A stretch of DNA of 64,000 bases, from positions 250,825-314,824 of the forward strand of contig NW_003314292.1 in NCBI RefSeq assembly GCF_000143415.4, given 5' to 3'. Numbering within the stretch: position 1 is the first letter of the stretch; every line of letters starts with the position of its first letter. Both the position numbers and the translations under genes were made by a program. Shown in pieces: positions 22,523-33,516 of the stretch. The notes below the pieces were generated by a model. The model did no database searches. It saw nothing but the letters and a program-made list of their open reading frames with translations, and was not told the DNA's origin. The DNA comes from Selaginella moellendorffii. Lineage: Eukaryota; Plantae; Lycopodiophyta.

Positions 22523-24772
22523 TCAAGTGCAAGGTGGTAAAATTCTGTCACCGGCATTAGAACATATACAAGCAAAGATGTTTTGCATCAACACGCACGC
22601 AGCTGCTAAGTCATCTTCCTCATCACTCGATTCGGCTAGAGACTTGAAAGCGATCAATCCCAGCTCCAAGTTCTTCCACTTCATACAAGCACCTAGAATG
22701 GTGATCCAAGCCATCGGAGTTGGACCACACGGCATAGCTCTCACCACCGCCATGGCCTCTTCCACAAAACCAGCTCTTCCAACAAGATCCACCAGGCAAA
22801 CGTAGTGATCCACGTCAGGCTCCACTCCATATCTGGACTTCATCACCCCGAAGAGCTTCTTCCCTTCCTCGACCAGCCCTGCGTGGCTGCAAGCTCCAAG
22901 AACCGACGAGAAAACCATACCATCTGGTAACACTCTCTCGACTTGCATCGCTTGGAACAGTTCTAACACCATCTCCGCGTTTCCGTGCAGGCTGTATCCC
23001 AATATCAGCGAGCTCCACGCGACTAGACTCGATTTCCTGCTGCTCGAGGCATCAAATATGTGTTTCGCATCGACGCAGCAGCCACATCTGCCATAGAAAT
23101 CCACCAAAACATTGGCCACGAACTCGTCGCTGTAAAACTCGTCAAAACCGTACCTGGAGAGCTCGCCGTGGATTCTTCTCCCGGAGCACAACGCAGCCAG
23201 AGCTCCGCAAGCCATCAAGGCAGCCACGAAAGTCCGGGGATTGGGAAAAACTCGGCCCTGCCTCCTCAGCTCAACGTAAGTTTCCAGAGCCAGCGAGGTC
23301 TCGCCCGCCTCGACGTAGCCAAGGATGAGAGAGTTCCACGAGACGACGCTGTGCTGCTCCATCCCCTGGAAAACCCTCCGACAGTCCTCCATGCTTCCAC
23401 ACTTTGCGTACAAGTGGACGAACGTGTTGGCGACGAACAGATCCTTCTCGGCTCCAGTGCTACTGGCTTGAGAGTGTAGCGCCATGGCTTTCTCAAGGCA
23501 TCCAAGCTTCACGAGCTTCCCACTGTCTTGGACGCCTCTTTCGTTGGCTGCCAGGCACGAGCACGCCATGAGAGCAGCAACAAACGATCGCGAGTCGGGT
23601 TCTTCGCCAAGGCTTGTCATGCGAGAGAAAGCCGAGAGAGCTCGCTCTGCCTCTCCATTCTCAACGTAGCCGAAGAGCAAAGAGTTCCAAGCTACGACGT
23701 CCCGGACGGCCATCTTCTCGAAAACCTTCTCGGCATCTCGGAGACTCCCGCAGAAGGCGTAGAGCTCGAGCAGCGCAGTGGAAACGTACAAGTCGGAGCT
23801 CCAGCCACCTTTCTCTGCCTGTGAGTGAATCGCTCTTCCTCTTGCTAGACTCTCGACTTTGACTATCTTTCCAGAAAGTTTTGTGCCATCTTCTCCGGCT
23901 GCCAAGCTTGCACAGGCCTTGATCACCGCGACATAAGTTCGAGCATTCGGCCGAGCACAAGAAGAACTGTCAAGCATCCGAGAGAAAAGCTCCAGAGCTA
24001 GCTCGCTTCTCCCATTCTCTACACACCCCATGATCAAAGCAGTCCAAGAAACCACGTCCCTGCCCTGCTGCTCCATCCCCTCGAAGATCCTAAAAGCGTC
24101 CACCAAGCTCTCACACTTGGCAAACATATCCACGAAAGAGTTTGCCACGAAAGTATTTCGGTGATCGAGAAGAGCAAAACTCTCGATTTTCACGGCTAAA
24201 GCTAGGCTCGTATCTTTAACGATCCTGTCACCGCCATGTTGGTGTGCTTCTTCTTCTCTTACGGCCAAGCTCGAGCAAGCCATGGCCGCCGCAACCAAAG
24301 TCCGAGCATCACACCGTCCTTCTGAGCTCCCGGAGAGACGATCGCCTTCTACCATCCGAAAGAAGAGCTCCAGCGCGAGCCCGGGGCGACCATTCTCCGT
24401 GTAACCGACGATGAGAGAATTCCAAGACGCGGCACTGTGGACCGGCATTCTCTCAAACGCGGCGATCGCGTCCAGCAAGGCGCCGCATTTGCCATACATG
24501 TGACTGGCGCTGTTTGCCACGAAGATAGAATCCTCCGCCAAGCAGCCATCCCTGGCAGCATCGCTGTGGATCCTCTTACCCAATTCGAGCTCCTTGGAGG
24601 CGCCGCAGCCCTTGAGCGCCGAAACCACGAGAGATACCTCCGCTGGCTCTAGCGCCGTGAATCCTGGATCTCGGTAAGCGCACCATAGATTCCATAGCCG
24701 CGAGAGACAAGCCCTCTTTCTCATCCATCGCCATTCAAAATTTAGGGCTCCATGAACCCAAAAACCTTTCAC
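22523..24772 (-). CDS. PLS-class PPR protein with E-like C-terminus, no DYW
   Basis: P/L/S repeats (FVANSFVDMFAKC, DVVSWTALIMGC), SVLGACSHAGLVEEG, HYVCLVDLVGRAG, WITILGAC. The true start may be a downstream ATG (~24724). Confidence 0.93.
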   Translation of the reverse strand: MKGFWVHGALNFEWRWMRKRACLSRLWNLWCAYRDPGFTALEPAEVSLVVSALKGCGASKELELGKRIHSDAARDGCLAEDSIFVANSASHMYGKCGALLDAIAAFERMPVHSAASWNSLIVGYTENGRPGLALELFFRMVEGDRLSGSSEGRCDARTLVAAAMACSSLAVREEEAHQHGGDRIVKDTSLALAVKIESFALLDHRNTFVANSFVDMFAKCESLVDAFRIFEGMEQQGRDVVSWTALIMGCVENGRSELALELFSRMLDSSSCARPNARTYVAVIKACASLAAGEDGTKLSGKIVKVESLARGRAIHSQAEKGGWSSDLYVSTALLELYAFCGSLRDAEKVFEKMAVRDVVAWNSLLFGYVENGEAERALSAFSRMTSLGEEPDSRSFVAALMACSCLAANERGVQDSGKLVKLGCLEKAMALHSQASSTGAEKDLFVANTFVHLYAKCGSMEDCRRVFQGMEQHSVVSWNSLILGYVEAGETSLALETYVELRRQGRVFPNPRTFVAALMACGALAALCSGRRIHGELSRYGFDEFYSDEFVANVLVDFYGRCGCCVDAKHIFDASSSRKSSLVAWSSLILGYSLHGNAEMVLELFQAMQVERVLPDGMVFSSVLGACSHAGLVEEGKKLFGVMKSRYGVEPDVDHYVCLVDLVGRAGFVEEAMAVVRAMPCGPTPMAWITILGACMKWKNLELGLIAFKSLAESSDEEDDLAAACVLMQNIFACICSNAGDRILPPCT

Positions 24773-24876
24773 CCTTAGGGTTCTAACGTTAAAATTTTGA
24801 TTTTAAAACCCTCAGGGTTTTAGTTAGGGTTCTAGCATTCCCGCCAGAAACCCTAGCGCAGGGGATCGCTCGATCG
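24773..24876. promoter_or_regulatory. Short bidirectional promoter (PPR / PORR1) with telo-boxes
   Basis: TTAGGGTT, AAAACCCT, TTAGGGTT and AAACCCTAG within ~100 bp between divergent genes. Confidence 0.5.
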
Positions 24877-26058
24877 ATGCTGCCGCGCCGCCGCATTCTC
24901 GCGCGGTGCTGCTCCTGGCGGCGAGATTCGCGGCGCGACAACCGGCGCCTGTCCTGGGAGGAGCGCGCCAACGCAATCTACCAGCGCGACAGGCACTGGG
25001 ACAGGGCCGTGAGGTGCGAATCGGCGGCCAACATCGTGAGGAAGGTGATGGCGGTGCTCGAGTCGCGCGACGCGAGCATCATGAGCCTGGAAGACCTCTC
25101 GCGCTCCAAGGCCAAGCGGCGCAAGAAGGAGATCATCCGCGAGGTGGCCGCGCGCTTCCCTCTCGTCTTTAAATTCCGGAGGGACGACGACGGCGAGTTT
25201 TGGGTGGAGCTCACGCCCGCGGCCGAGGAGATCTTGCGCCAGGAGCACGCCGCCATCGCGCAGCACGACGACATGGAATCGCTCGCCAAGCTCAAGAAGC
25301 TCCTGATGATGGCGCGCGACCACCGCATTGGAATGGAGAAGCTCGGCCATCTCAAGCACGATCTCTTCCTCCCGGACGATTTCAAGCGCCGCTTGATCCC
25401 CCAGCACCCGGAGAGCTTCCGGATCATCCCCGCCACCACCACCACCACTCCCAAAAGCCTGGGATACGTCGAGCTCGTCGGCTGGGAGCCCGGGCTGGCA
25501 GTGACCGCTCGCGAGCTCTCGGCACCGGTCCAAGCACCCCACGCCTTCCAAGTCGATGCTCGGGGCCAGCAGCTCGACCACCCCCGCGTCCAGCGCTTCC
25601 AGGAGCTCCCATTCTTCTCGCCATACGAGGACCCCGGGAGGATCGAGTGGAAGAGCCTCGAGGCCGAGAAGCGAGCGCTGGCAGTGCTGCACGAACTCCT
25701 GAGCTTGATGCCGATGAAGAAGGCCGTCGTTGGTCGCTTGAATCTCATCCAAAAGGAGCTCCAGCTGCCGGCAAAGTACTTGCATCTCGTCGGCCTCTAC
25801 CCCTGGATCTTCTACGTCTCCAAAGTCATTCCCGAGAACAACACCATCTTTCTCCGCGAAGGCTTCGACCGATCCAGGCTGAGAGTCCCCAACCGGCTGT
25901 CCGCTGCCAGGGACGACCTCCTCCGCCTCATGGAGACCGTCTACGAGAGAGAGCTCGGCGGACCACCTCGGACAGTGACGCTGGAGATCGCCGACGAGGA
26001 CAAGGAAGATATCGACGATTTCTTCGTGGGTTTTCTTGGTAACCTCCGGGACTTGTAG
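24877..26058 (+). CDS. PORR-domain (WTF1/WTF9/RPD1-like) organellar RNA-binding protein 1
   Basis: RFPLVF; KLKKLLMMA; DLFLPDDF; FQELPFFSPYED; EKRALAVLHELLSL; YPWIFYVS; IFLREGF. Confidence 0.9.
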   Translation: MLPRRRILARCCSWRRDSRRDNRRLSWEERANAIYQRDRHWDRAVRCESAANIVRKVMAVLESRDASIMSLEDLSRSKAKRRKKEIIREVAARFPLVFKFRRDDDGEFWVELTPAAEEILRQEHAAIAQHDDMESLAKLKKLLMMARDHRIGMEKLGHLKHDLFLPDDFKRRLIPQHPESFRIIPATTTTTPKSLGYVELVGWEPGLAVTARELSAPVQAPHAFQVDARGQQLDHPRVQRFQELPFFSPYEDPGRIEWKSLEAEKRALAVLHELLSLMPMKKAVVGRLNLIQKELQLPAKYLHLVGLYPWIFYVSKVIPENNTIFLREGFDRSRLRVPNRLSAARDDLLRLMETVYERELGGPPRTVTLEIADEDKEDIDDFFVGFLGNLRDL

Positions 26059-26093
26059 GGCGGTAAGTTCTCCTCCTCCTGGATCCTGGAAAG

Positions 26094-27164
26094 ATGTCCC
26101 CGTTGAGAGTGGCGGCGCAGAGGTTTCTTCGAACTGGGTCCTTGATGCAAACCGTCGAGGAGAATGCGGTCGAGTTTCTCATCCCGCCCACCCATCGAGT
26201 CAAGGTACTGGATCAAGTGGCTCTCGAGGACCGCCGGATCGAGGCCGTGAAGCAGCTTGTAAGCCTGGTTGCCGAGCAGGAAGCCCAAGTTCTCATGCTG
26301 AAGAAGCGGGACACTAACCGAGATACGCTACTGGGAGTTGCCACCAAGTACCCGGGCGTGTTCCAGGTTCACGACGAGCAGGACGGCCTCGGCAAGTTCA
26401 TCTCGGGAACCAAGTACATCGACCTTACTCCCGAGATGGACAAGCTTTACAGGGACGAGCTCCGAGTGATCAAGTCGCGGGACGAGCTCCTGTCAGTAAA
26501 CATCGTCAGGAAGCTGCTGATGATGGCTGTAGAGCAGGAGATATCACTCACCAAGATTTCGTGGCTGGCGGCCGACTTTGGCCTTCCTCGAGACTTGGAC
26601 ACCGGCCTGGTCCACAGGTACCCGAAGTTTTTCAATGTGAGAGAGACCAACCGGGGTCCGGTGCTCAAGCTTGCGTCTTGGGACCAGGATCTCACGGTGA
26701 CGAGCAGAGAGAAGACGTTGCTGTTTAGCCGGGCCTTCCCAAAGACGGGCTTTCATCTGGTCGAGCGTCCCCGGCGTCGAGGCTCCAAAACCTTCCAGAG
26801 GTTGGAGTTTCGGTCCCCTTACGAGCCTTGGCAGAAGCCGAACGTCAGCAAAGGATCCCCGGTTGTCGAGAAGAGACACATCGGTGTCGTTCACGAGGTG
26901 CTCAGCCTGCTACCGAGGAAGAGGATTGCTCTCTCCAAGCTGACGCTGTTGAGGGCCGAGATGAATTTGCCGAAGACGTTCTGCTCGTATCTGGTGAGAC
27001 ACCCCGGCATTTTTTACGTGAGCGGTGCCGTCGAGCCTCCACTGGTTTTCTTGAGAGAGGCCTTCTTCCAGAACGAGCTCAAGTTCAAAGGTCCCGAGGA
27101 TTTCATCCGCGACAGGTACCTGATCCTCATGCAGCGCCAACCGGTCCTTGACGAGACCAGCTGA
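26094..27164 (+). CDS. PORR-domain protein 2
   Basis: KYPGVF; VRKLLMMA; DFGLPRD; FQRLEFRSPYE; EKRHIGVVHEVLSL; RHPGIFYVS; VFLREAF. Confidence 0.9.
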   Translation: MSPLRVAAQRFLRTGSLMQTVEENAVEFLIPPTHRVKVLDQVALEDRRIEAVKQLVSLVAEQEAQVLMLKKRDTNRDTLLGVATKYPGVFQVHDEQDGLGKFISGTKYIDLTPEMDKLYRDELRVIKSRDELLSVNIVRKLLMMAVEQEISLTKISWLAADFGLPRDLDTGLVHRYPKFFNVRETNRGPVLKLASWDQDLTVTSREKTLLFSRAFPKTGFHLVERPRRRGSKTFQRLEFRSPYEPWQKPNVSKGSPVVEKRHIGVVHEVLSLLPRKRIALSKLTLLRAEMNLPKTFCSYLVRHPGIFYVSGAVEPPLVFLREAFFQNELKFKGPEDFIRDRYLILMQRQPVLDETS

Positions 27165-27195
27165 GAAAAAAATCGTTGTTCGCCTCTCGAGCTGC

Positions 27196-29280
27196 TTAGA
27201 AGAATGGATCGTTGAAACCGTCGAATGGTTTCTTCTCCCAGAATGGTTTGGACACGCGCTTCTTCCTCTTTCGTTCCAGCGGCGGCTCCTCCTGCGGACT
27301 GGGCTGAAGTGCCTTCCAGCTCCAGGAATCACCACCACCTCCTCCACCGATACTGACTTGTCGCCTTTCGTCGTCAGAGTTTTCGTCATCGCTACAAAAT
27401 CCCAGCTTCGCTCCCAGACTTGGCTGCTTTCCAGGTGTTACAGAAACATCTTTCGGACTTTCATCCTCGTCATCGAAGCCCAGTTGCAAAAATATCTCTG
27501 AATCTGGTACTCTATCTTCAACAGCTGTTGCAGGCGCTACCGATTGTCTTCCTTCTTCGTCGGATTTCTCGTCGTCACTGAAAAGTCCGAGCTTCTTCAG
27601 GATGACAGCTCGAGAACGAGGATTGGCACCATTCGTCAGCGGTGCATTTGCTCCCTTGACAGGATCCACTACTGTTGCTGCTTCGACCACCTCGGCAACT
27701 TTAGCCTGTGACACGTCTCCTTGACGAGTTTGTAGAGCGCATCCTTGCGGAGCCGGAGGAAATGGGAAGCTCCAACCAGTTTCCGACACTGGCTGCCGTG
27801 GCGCGACAAAGCTTTCCGCACAGATGCCTCTCACTTCCCTCGGACGGCTCTCCCTGAACACCCTGAAGTCCATAAGCCTGCCAAACTCTTGCTTGATGGT
27901 GAAGAGAGGATGCTTCTCAATAAGTTGGCCCTTCCGGTAGTACTCCTTGAGGAAGACGACGTGCCGATCGCCCCTCATGCTCACGTAGAAGATGTGAGGG
28001 AAGCGGCAGAGCATGTCTTCCAGCTTCTGGGGAAGACCAAGATCACGAGTGAAGAACCCGACGTGATCTACGTACGCTTTCTTCTCGACTGTCAAGCTGA
28101 GGAACTCGTGAAAGATGGCAACCACACGCTTCTGTCCTTCCATGGACCGGAGGTCGAGCTCGGCGACAGCCTCGTAGGGGCTTGGGAACGGAAGCCGCTG
28201 GAAGCTCAAGATCCTCTTCAGAATGCTACGGTGGAGAACGGTGTGTGGCTCAACGCAGATCCTGAAGCTGTACTTGTCACGATCTCCAGCCTTGCCGCCA
28301 CCTTTCATCCTTTGGTTGAGCTCTCTGGTGGTAACAGCGAGAGCTTTATCGTATGCTGCTAGCTCCAAGTAAGCTCCGGTGACCGTAAAGTACTGCGGAT
28401 ACTTTGGCAGGATGGCCGTCTTAAAGTTGTCAGGCATCCACAAGCTCGATCGTATGTGAGAGAGCTTCGTGAGAAGAACTCGATGCGCGGGCACCATCAT
28501 CAAGATCTTCCTCAGGTTCCGGACGATGAGAGGCTCGTGGTATTCCCTCATAACTTTTTCTTCCTGGTCGATCAGGAGCTCCGCCTTCTCTGTAAACTCG
28601 AGCCATCTTACTCGCCTGTCCTCCTGGTCGCTGGAGATCTTAAAAACTCCTGGGAAGCTATTGACGAAATCCGCAAAGAGCTTGGCCTTTGGAAAGCCGA
28701 GGTCTCTGGCTAGCCTAGTAAACTCCGTGGACGGTATCACATGCCCATCTCTGGACGCTAGAATGAGCTTCACGTTCCATACCATTCGCATTCTCGTCTC
28801 CCGCCGGAGATGGACGTCCAGAGCTGCAATCTTTGGCCTCTGGCTGAGCTGCTTAGCTCGGATCTGCTTTCTGACCTTCTTGGCGAAGTTCTTCCTGGCC
28901 CTTGCCATGCTCTTCTTTGCTCCTCCCATGAATCTCTTTTGGATTCTCCACGGAGTGCTCGAGACAGTGGGAAATATCTGGGGCACAAGCAATCTCGCGG
29001 CCCCAGCACATGGAAATACTCGACCGCAGCAGTGTAGCCGACGATTTTGCGACGAGAAGATCGTTCGAAGAGGCAATGGCGATCCATCCCGAATCGATCT
29101 TGCTGCTCCAGACCCTGGAAATATTCCAGCGCAGCCGTGTAGCAGGCGATCCCCGGGCGAAAATGCTGGACGGGGAGGCGACGGAGCTCCATCTCGCAGC
29201 GATCTAGGGCATGGCAGGAGGAGCCTCCGCGCGCCTAGGCGCTGCATTCTCCCATACCTCTCGGCGCCATTCCATGCCAT
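27196..29280 (-). CDS. PORR-domain protein 3 with an acidic repetitive C-tail
   Basis: FPGVF; LRKILMM; FQRLPFPSPYE; QKRVVAIFHEFLSLTVEK; FPHIFYVS; VFLKEYY; tail has three LGxxSDDExS-like repeats. Confidence 0.9.
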   Translation of the reverse strand: MAWNGAERYGRMQRLGARRLLLPCPRSLRDGAPSPPRPAFSPGDRLLHGCAGIFPGSGAARSIRDGSPLPLRTIFSSQNRRLHCCGRVFPCAGAARLLVPQIFPTVSSTPWRIQKRFMGGAKKSMARARKNFAKKVRKQIRAKQLSQRPKIAALDVHLRRETRMRMVWNVKLILASRDGHVIPSTEFTRLARDLGFPKAKLFADFVNSFPGVFKISSDQEDRRVRWLEFTEKAELLIDQEEKVMREYHEPLIVRNLRKILMMVPAHRVLLTKLSHIRSSLWMPDNFKTAILPKYPQYFTVTGAYLELAAYDKALAVTTRELNQRMKGGGKAGDRDKYSFRICVEPHTVLHRSILKRILSFQRLPFPSPYEAVAELDLRSMEGQKRVVAIFHEFLSLTVEKKAYVDHVGFFTRDLGLPQKLEDMLCRFPHIFYVSMRGDRHVVFLKEYYRKGQLIEKHPLFTIKQEFGRLMDFRVFRESRPREVRGICAESFVAPRQPVSETGWSFPFPPAPQGCALQTRQGDVSQAKVAEVVEAATVVDPVKGANAPLTNGANPRSRAVILKKLGLFSDDEKSDEEGRQSVAPATAVEDRVPDSEIFLQLGFDDEDESPKDVSVTPGKQPSLGAKLGFCSDDENSDDERRQVSIGGGGGGDSWSWKALQPSPQEEPPLERKRKKRVSKPFWEKKPFDGFNDPFF

Positions 29281-29695
29281 AAACCCTTAGGGCACCCAAA
29301 GGTTTTACTCTGTTACCGATAATATTCTAAAGAATATCCCCTGGCAGAGAATATACGATTGGGCATATTACCGCACAGCAAGAGAGCATAGAGTTCCTCT
29401 TCTCCGTTTCTTCCGCTGCTTTGGCGCCGTAGTAGCTACTAGCCGTTCTTTGATCGATTCCTCCCTTTTCCCCAGATTCCTCCTCAAGTAGGCGCTCCAG
29501 CGCGAGAGATTCTAGCGGCGCTAGCGAATTTCTTCCCCGATTGTCTGCCGGGAGTGGCGAAACTCGTGGCGCATTGCAGATATTTCGAGGCCGTCGGCGA
29601 AGAGCGCGTGGATCGATATTTCTTGGCATTTTTCCCTTGTTCTAGGCTAGGTCGAGCAAGCGCGCGGCGAGAGGGGTGGGATTTCGGGAGAATCG

Positions 29696-31414
29696 ATGGA
29701 GCAAGGGCTATGGGTGTGCGATTCGTGTACGTTCCACAATGCGGCGGTCCAGCGCGTGTGTGCTATGTGCGCCCAGCTCCGGACGACGCAGGGAATGCAC
29801 TACTTTGGAGATCTCTACAGGGCATCGACGAGCGCGGCCGCCGATGCTGCTTCCACCGCCGCCTCCTCCACGCCGGAGAGGTCGAATGGCTTCTCCGTGT
29901 GTAGCGTCCCTCGCCTCGTCGCGGGGGCTCTCTCGGGAGCGCTCACGGGGATGTTCGCCATAGGTAAGTCTTAGAACGTAAAATTTTTGATCGATCGACT
30001 TAAGATCCAATTGTGTTTGATTTTTTGTTTGTTTCTCTTCAGTGGGAGCTCTCACTGGAGCAGTGACTGGCGCTGTGGCGGGGCGGGCGACTGATAGTGG
30101 GCTGATTCGTGGAGCTGGGCTTGGGGCCGTCGCTGGAGCCGTGCTCTCGGTGGAGTTTCTCGAGGCTTCTCGTGCTTACTGGCACTCTGAGCGATCCGGT
30201 TCACGATCCAGGGCGTCACTGGTGAGTCTTTCTTCCACTCGTTTATTTCTCTTGGCTTCTCTTTTGGAAATCTCACGTGTGGTCTGGGCTTGCATTTCAT
30301 CCGATCGTGAAAGGAAACTCATGCATTCTTCCTGGCTGGGATATCGTTATGTTCTTTGCTTGGATTGCTCGGGCAAGTTTAAAGTTTTGGTTTTGCTGCT
30401 TTGCTTGCTCGCTTTTGCTCGCTCGCTTTTGCCTTCCAGCTAGCTTTCCTGTCGTCGTTTTCGTTCGTTGCTTGCTGCGATATCTTTCGCACAAGTTTGG
30501 ATAAAGGTGTGATCTTTGCTCGTCTCCTTGCGTTTCTTGTTTCTTCTCTTTTCACTTCTCGGGTGTTACGTCCTTTTGTGCGCTTGTAGGCAGAGTTTGT
30601 GGAGGACGTCTTAAACGGCAGGTTCATGCACGATCAGGTTGGCCCAGCATTATTGACTGCACACCATTGGCAGGTTTTTTGTGCTTTTTTTTCCAGAGAG
30701 AAAAAAAAATTCTTCTCTTTTTTCCGAGGAGAAAAGTAGCAATAGCTATAGATAGATAGATCTCAGATCATCAGGAACTTTTGGATTGCTTTCTGCCGTG
30801 GCTAACTCAAGCAAATTCCAGGTGAACATTGACGACATGACTTACGACGAGCTGTACGACATGTTTGGCCCCGCCGAAGGGACCAAAGGAGCGTCCGAGG
30901 CTTGTCTCAAGGAGCTCCCATGGCACACGGTGACCACCGAGAACTGTGTGGATGGCTTCGGCGACTTTGTGTGCTGCGCGATATGCTTACAAGTAAGCGC
31001 ACGCCTATCCCGATATCTCCTTTCGCTTTCGCAGAATTTACTATCGCAGAGATAGAGTGCAGAGCCATGCTTGCTTGCTCGCTTTCCTTTTCTTCGCCAT
31101 GGTTTCTTGTGTTTCGTGCATTCAATGCTGGTGGGTCTGTCACTCCGGGGATCATTTAAGTCGCTGCTTGAGTTGGAGTGATCGACTGATTGTTCGTGCC
31201 TGGCGTCTGTTTGAATCGATGGATCGACCACTAAAGCTCGAACTTTTGTGCTCTTTTTTCGCTGCTCTGTTGGGGAAAAAAAAAACTCTAGGAGCTTCAA
31301 GGTGGGGAGATTGCGAGGTGTTTGCCACACTGCCAACACACGTACCATATGGACTGTGTCGATAAATGGCTGGCGAGACATGGCTCTTGTCCTGTGTGTC
31401 GGCAGGGAATCTGA
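29696..31414 (+). CDS. NEP1-interacting-protein-like membrane RING-H2 E3 ligase with an N-terminal RanBP2-type zinc finger
   Basis: [20 protein letters not shown]; [40 protein letters not shown]; CAICLQ|[37 protein letters not shown]; stop at 31414. Confidence 0.88.
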
Positions 31415-31590
31415 CGGGATGCGCTCCCAGAATATGCCCTGACCCAACTGTACATAGTTTCATTCCTCCGCAGGGATTTTTTTGTGTATTCCAGTGCTAT
31501 CGCGATGGCCGGATGCGTTTAATTAAAGCATTGTTAGTCTAATCATGGTCTTGATTCCCTCCAAGCTTAATATTTCTAGGGCTTTTGGGC

Positions 31591-33368
31591 ATGGCGTGGG
31601 CGGATCTTCTCCAGTCCCCCTCCGCCGCAACGGTGAGCGCCGCGCTGTGGGTTCTTGATCGATGTAGTGATTGCGGATGGTTATGATCGGCAGGGAGCGG
31701 CTCTTGTGGGATTCTTGAGCTTGCTCGCATTGCTGGAGGCTGTTCTTCCCGGGCAGCGCGTGTCTGGGGTGGAATTGGCGGACGGGACGCGGATAATCTA
31801 CAAATGCAATGGTCAGATCGATTGCATTTCGAGCTTCTTTTCTGATTTCTTGCTGGGAATGTAGGTTTGCTGTCGCTTGTGGTGCTCTTGGCGCTCCTGG
31901 GAGCGGCGGTTCCTCCAACGGTGCGTATGCTTAGCAATGCGGTACTTTGGTGGAAGTGGAATATTTTTTCTATAATCTGACATGATGGGAGCTTAGGTTC
32001 TTGCGGATCGTGGACCGGAGCTATTCTCGACAACTTTGACACTTTGTGTCCTGGTAAGCGATGATAAGAGGATTTCTTACGTTGACTCAAAAGCTACTTT
32101 CAGCTGTCGATTGTTCTATGCCTGGCTGGCTACGCATCCAAAAGTCCAAGCAGCTCTTTGAAATGCCAGTCTTCCGGAAATGCTCTTCACGACTGGTAAT
32201 GGTGTTTGAGATTTCTAGTGAGCAGTAGTAACTTGATGCGTAATGCTACAGGTGGCTTGGGCTTCAACTAAATCCTCAGTTTCTTAGCATTGACATCAAG
32301 TATGTTGCTTTTCCTTTCTCTTTCTTTCGTTTCTTTCGTTCATAGAATCCTCATGGTGATTGTTGCAGATTTTTCTGGATAAAGGCTGGAATGATCAGCT
32401 GGCTCCTGATAAATTTTTCAATCGCAAGCAAGCAGATCGAACAGGCCGGATTCCTGACTCTTCCAATGGCTTTATACCAAGTTTTCTGCACGGTAAGACG
32501 GTGCATTTGATGCTTTACAGTGCGTAATTTATGCTTCTGCTTGGTACAGATCTACGTGCTGGATTTTTTGTGGTACGAAGAATACATGACCTCAACGTGC
32601 GTACTTGTGCTTTACTTCACAAGAGTATCTGAGACTTTAATTTTCACTTTGTCTGCAGGTGGGACATTATTGCGGAGAAGTTTGGCTTCATGCTAATTTT
32701 TGGTGACATGGTTTGGATTCCCTTTACGTTTAGCATCCAGGTATGGATTTTGTGAAGCATAATGGGGCCCCATGCAAGTATATGTAGGGATGGTGGCTGC
32801 TTCATAACAATGCGGAAATCACTCGAATGGCTGCATTTTTAAATGCTCTTGTCTTCTTGGCAGGGTATTGTTTCTCCAGTTTTACTTATTACGCTGAAGC
32901 TTGATTGTTCCAGGTATGCAATATTTAGAGGTGCAAACAAGCAAAAGCACGAGTTCAAGAAGAACCCAAAGGCTCCAATATGGGGGAAACCACCTGTTCT
33001 CATCGGAGGAAAACTTCTCGTCTCTGGATACTGGTGAGTAATAAATGTAGACAGAATTCCACCTCACATTTGTCGAATTTATAAAGGGGGATTGCAAGAC
33101 ACTGCAACTATCTAGGCGATTTGCTTCTGGCTTTATCGTTTAGTCTTCCTTGCGGGACCAGGTACCTGGCATAGCTATGTCGATCAATTCTCAAACTTTG
33201 TTTTCTCTGTGCAGCTCGATAGTTCCATATTTCTACCCCATCTATTTGTTCATTCTTCTCGTCTGGAGAGAGCGACGAGACGAAGCAAGATGCAGAGCCA
33301 AGTACAAAGCTGTGTGGGAAGAATACTGCAAGGCGGTGCCATGGAGAATTTTCCCCAGGATCTATTGA
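31591..33368 (+). CDS. FK: Delta14-sterol reductase (FACKEL/HYDRA2, ERG24 family; multi-exon)
   Basis: [24 protein letters not shown]; WWLGLQLNP; [27 protein letters not shown]; [12 protein letters not shown]; KLLVSGYW; RHCNYLGD; [10 protein letters not shown]; [10 protein letters not shown]. Confidence 0.93.
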
Positions 33369-33516
33369 TCAGTTAAGCTAAGGTCGCTTGAAAGCGACAT
33401 TTGGAATCTCATGCCAGTCGACACGTGGAAAGGTTACGCTGGTTAGTTGTGGTGGAGGAGCGAGCACAGGTTTCTTTAGCTAGACGCAGGTGTAGAGAAC
33501 AGGAGAGGCTCCTGGG

